DNA of 64,000 bases. Origin: Octopus vulgaris (taxonomy: Eukaryota). Under the pieces are notes generated by a model, which made no database searches, was not told where the DNA came from, and saw only the letters and a program-made list of their open reading frames with translations. Of this stretch, positions 61,660 through 64,000 are shown piece by piece. The position numbers were made by a program, and so were the translations under genes. The first letter of the stretch is position 1. Each line of letters begins with the position of its first letter. The stretch spans positions 24,614,001 through 24,678,000 of the forward strand of contig OX597826.1 in NCBI GenBank assembly GCA_951406725.2. The letters run 5' to 3'.

Positions 61660-62860
61660 ATTGGGTCATCCCATAAATAATGCGTTTCTTTTTATACTTC
61701 TTTTATTTTTCAAAATTAAGATAAACAAAGTTCTTTTTTAATCTAAATATATTCTCCTTCCTTTTCTACAATGCTCTTCCATCTAAGACTTGCAAGGCCC
61801 CTCTTTCAAAATTCATTTGGCCGTGACAAAAAATACTCCTCCAGTATTGTTCTGACCTTGTCTACAGAATTCATATTTTTTTCCGTCCAAATGATTTTGA
61901 AGACTGCAGAGTAAATGATAATCAAATGGAGCAATGTCCGGCGAATATGGTGGGTGGAACATCATTTCTCATTCAAACTGCTCCAGCCTTTGGAATGTCA
62001 TCCTCGCTGTATGTCAGTGAGCATTATCCTGATGGAAGAACACCTTTCGTCTCGAAACCAAAGATGGTCGTTTTTCTTCTAGCGCTGACTTAAGCCGCTC
62101 AAGCTGTTCTCAGTAGATCTTTGTTATCGTTTGGTTTGGGTTTAAAAGTTCAAAGTGGACTAAACCTTTCCCACCAAACAGATAACAACATCTTACGTGG
62201 GTGAAGACCTATAGTCTGGGGTGTCTGTGTTCCTCCTTTCCCTACCCGCTGTCTTCGGCGCTTGACATTTTTGTAGAGAACCCATTTCTCGTCACCAGTC
62301 ACTATTTGGTCCAGAAAAGGTTCATTCGTGAGACGTGACAGCAAAGAAAAGCACACATTCACTCTCTGCGCACAATAAGACTCGGAAAGTTTGCGAGGAA
62401 CCCATTGACCCAATTTGCTAACGTTTGCGATGGCACGCAGGTATTGATTAATGGTTGAATGACCAAATCCAAGCTTCTCTGCTAGTTCCTCAACAATTAC
62501 GATGGGATTTTATTCACCAGGGTTTGCAAGGCTCGTCTTCTAGGCTGTAGTTTCGGGCTCGGAATTTCTGGAAACACTGTTGACATTGGCTTGCGCTTAT
62601 TGCCTAATCCCCATATACTGCATTAATCTCACACTTTCCGTTGTGTTGTTGCATTTATTGAACTCATAAAGCAAAATATGACGAACATGCTCCTTTGTCA
62701 CTTCCATTATAGCTTTGAAAAAATAACTTAAAATCGAACTGCACTCTTCAAAATTTGCACTAAGAATAAAGACAAGGTAAATTTACTACCTGCCTATATA
62801 GCAAGTTGATGCAGGTAGTTTATCCCGTCTCCCTCCGACTTTTTATTCATGCAATTGAAA
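61660..62860 (-). mobile_element. Degenerate mariner (DD34D) element, one end cut by a LINE insertion
   Basis: WVPRKL, IVTGDEKWVLY, HQDNA and HPPYSPDIAPFDYHL motifs on the minus strand; TA-flanked terminus at about 61660. Confidence 0.9.
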
Positions 62861-62865
62861 GGAAG

Positions 62866-63415
62866 ATTGTACGATGCCTATGTTCGAACAGCCAAGCTAC
62901 ACGGTAGTGAAACATAGGTTGTGATCGCTGAGGATATGAGTAGGCTTGACAGAAATAAAGCTAGTATGCTTCGCTGTATGTGTAATGTCAGTGTAAATGC
63001 ACTACAAAGTGTAAGCGTCTTGAGAGAAAAGTGGGGCATAAGAGGCATCAGATGTGGTGTGCAAGTGAGCTGACTGTGCTTGTATGGTCGTATGATGCGT
63101 ATGTACAAGGACAGCTGTATGAAGAAATGCCGAACTCTAACGCTGGAGGGAACCTGTGGAAGAGGTAGATTCAGGAAGACATGGGATGAAGTGGTGAAGC
63201 ATGATCTTCGAACGTTGGGCCTCACGGATTCAATGACAAGTGACCGAGCTCCTTGCCGATATGTCGTGCTTGAGAAGACCCGTCAAACCAAGTGAGATCG
63301 TAATCATGGCCGATGCCGGTGCTACGTAACTGGCACCCGCTACACTTTTGGAGTGGTTGGTGTTAGGAAAGGTATCCAGCCGTAGAAATGATGCTAAATC
63401 AGATTGGAACCTGGT
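62866..63415 (+). mobile_element. RTE-clade LINE 3' fragment with start of 3' UTR
   Basis: C-terminal ORF2 motifs YGR..RM, LEGTCGRGRFRKTWDEVVKHDLR. Confidence 0.85.
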
Positions 63416-63424
63416 GGTGGTGGT

Positions 63425-64000
63425 GGTCTCGCTCAGAGTGAAAGGTAGACTGTGTGATGAATGTGTGTAAACAGCCATGCTACATGACAGTGAAACATGG
63501 GCTGTGACTGCTGAGGACATGCGTAAGCTCGTAAGGAATGAAGCCAGTATGATCCGAAGGATGTGTAATGTTAGTGTGCATACTCGACAGAGTGTGGGTA
63601 CTTTGAGAGAAATGTTGGACCTAAGAAGCATCAGATGTGGTGTGCAAGAGAGAAGATGCGCTGGTATGGTCATGTGGCAAGAATGGATGAGGACAGCTGT
63701 GTGAAAAAGTGTCACATCCTAGTGGTTGAGGGAACCTGTGGAAGAGGTAGACCCAGGAAGACCTGGAATGAAGTGGTGAAGCACGACCTTCGAACTCTAG
63801 GCCTCACCAAGGAAATGACCAGATCTTTTGAAATATGCCGTGCGTGAGAACACCCGGCAAGCCAAATGAAACCATAATCTCATGGCCTATGCCAGGGGCG
63901 TAACCAGCCTACTTATGCGTACCTTTTCCTTCTTTAGACACTAAAACTCTGCTTGCGAAGACCTGTTGAGGCAAGTGAAATCAATCAAAAGCAAAATCGA
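63425..64000 (+). mobile_element. Second RTE-clade LINE 3' fragment in tandem
   Basis: MLHDSETWA...RWYGHVARM...GRGRPRKTWNEVVKHDL, frameshifted. Confidence 0.88.

Overview
Eukaryotic, AT-rich, repeat-dense genomic DNA. The SINE and RTE repeat families look like those of Octopus (coleoid cephalopod); this is an inference from the repeat content. The window holds two divergently transcribed multi-exon genes. (1) Minus strand: an ISWI/SMARCA5-SMARCA1 chromatin remodeller. 16 constitutive coding exons run from the ATG at 37701 down to 1298, all GT-AG and phase-compatible (782 codons); the HAND-SANT-SLIDE part lies beyond the left edge. (2) Plus strand: a complete but strongly divergent DNA primase large subunit (PRIM2/p58)-like gene, 5 coding exons at 48594-58633, about 612 aa, with all four Fe-S cysteines retained. 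The main unexpected feature is a tandem array of 51-nt, phase-2/phase-2 exon-like cassettes in the 11-kb ISWI intron 3 (three intact, one dead). They would insert 17-aa repeats directly between the AT-hook and the autoinhibitory AutoN/AcidicN motif. The rest of the window is a Chapaev-like fossil transposon, mariner and Tc1 fragments, piggyBac-, Merlin- and Tigger-like MITEs, RTE/CR1-type LINE ends, many tRNA-derived SINEs, hairpins and microsatellites. Exon boundaries were read by hand; repeat boundaries are approximate.
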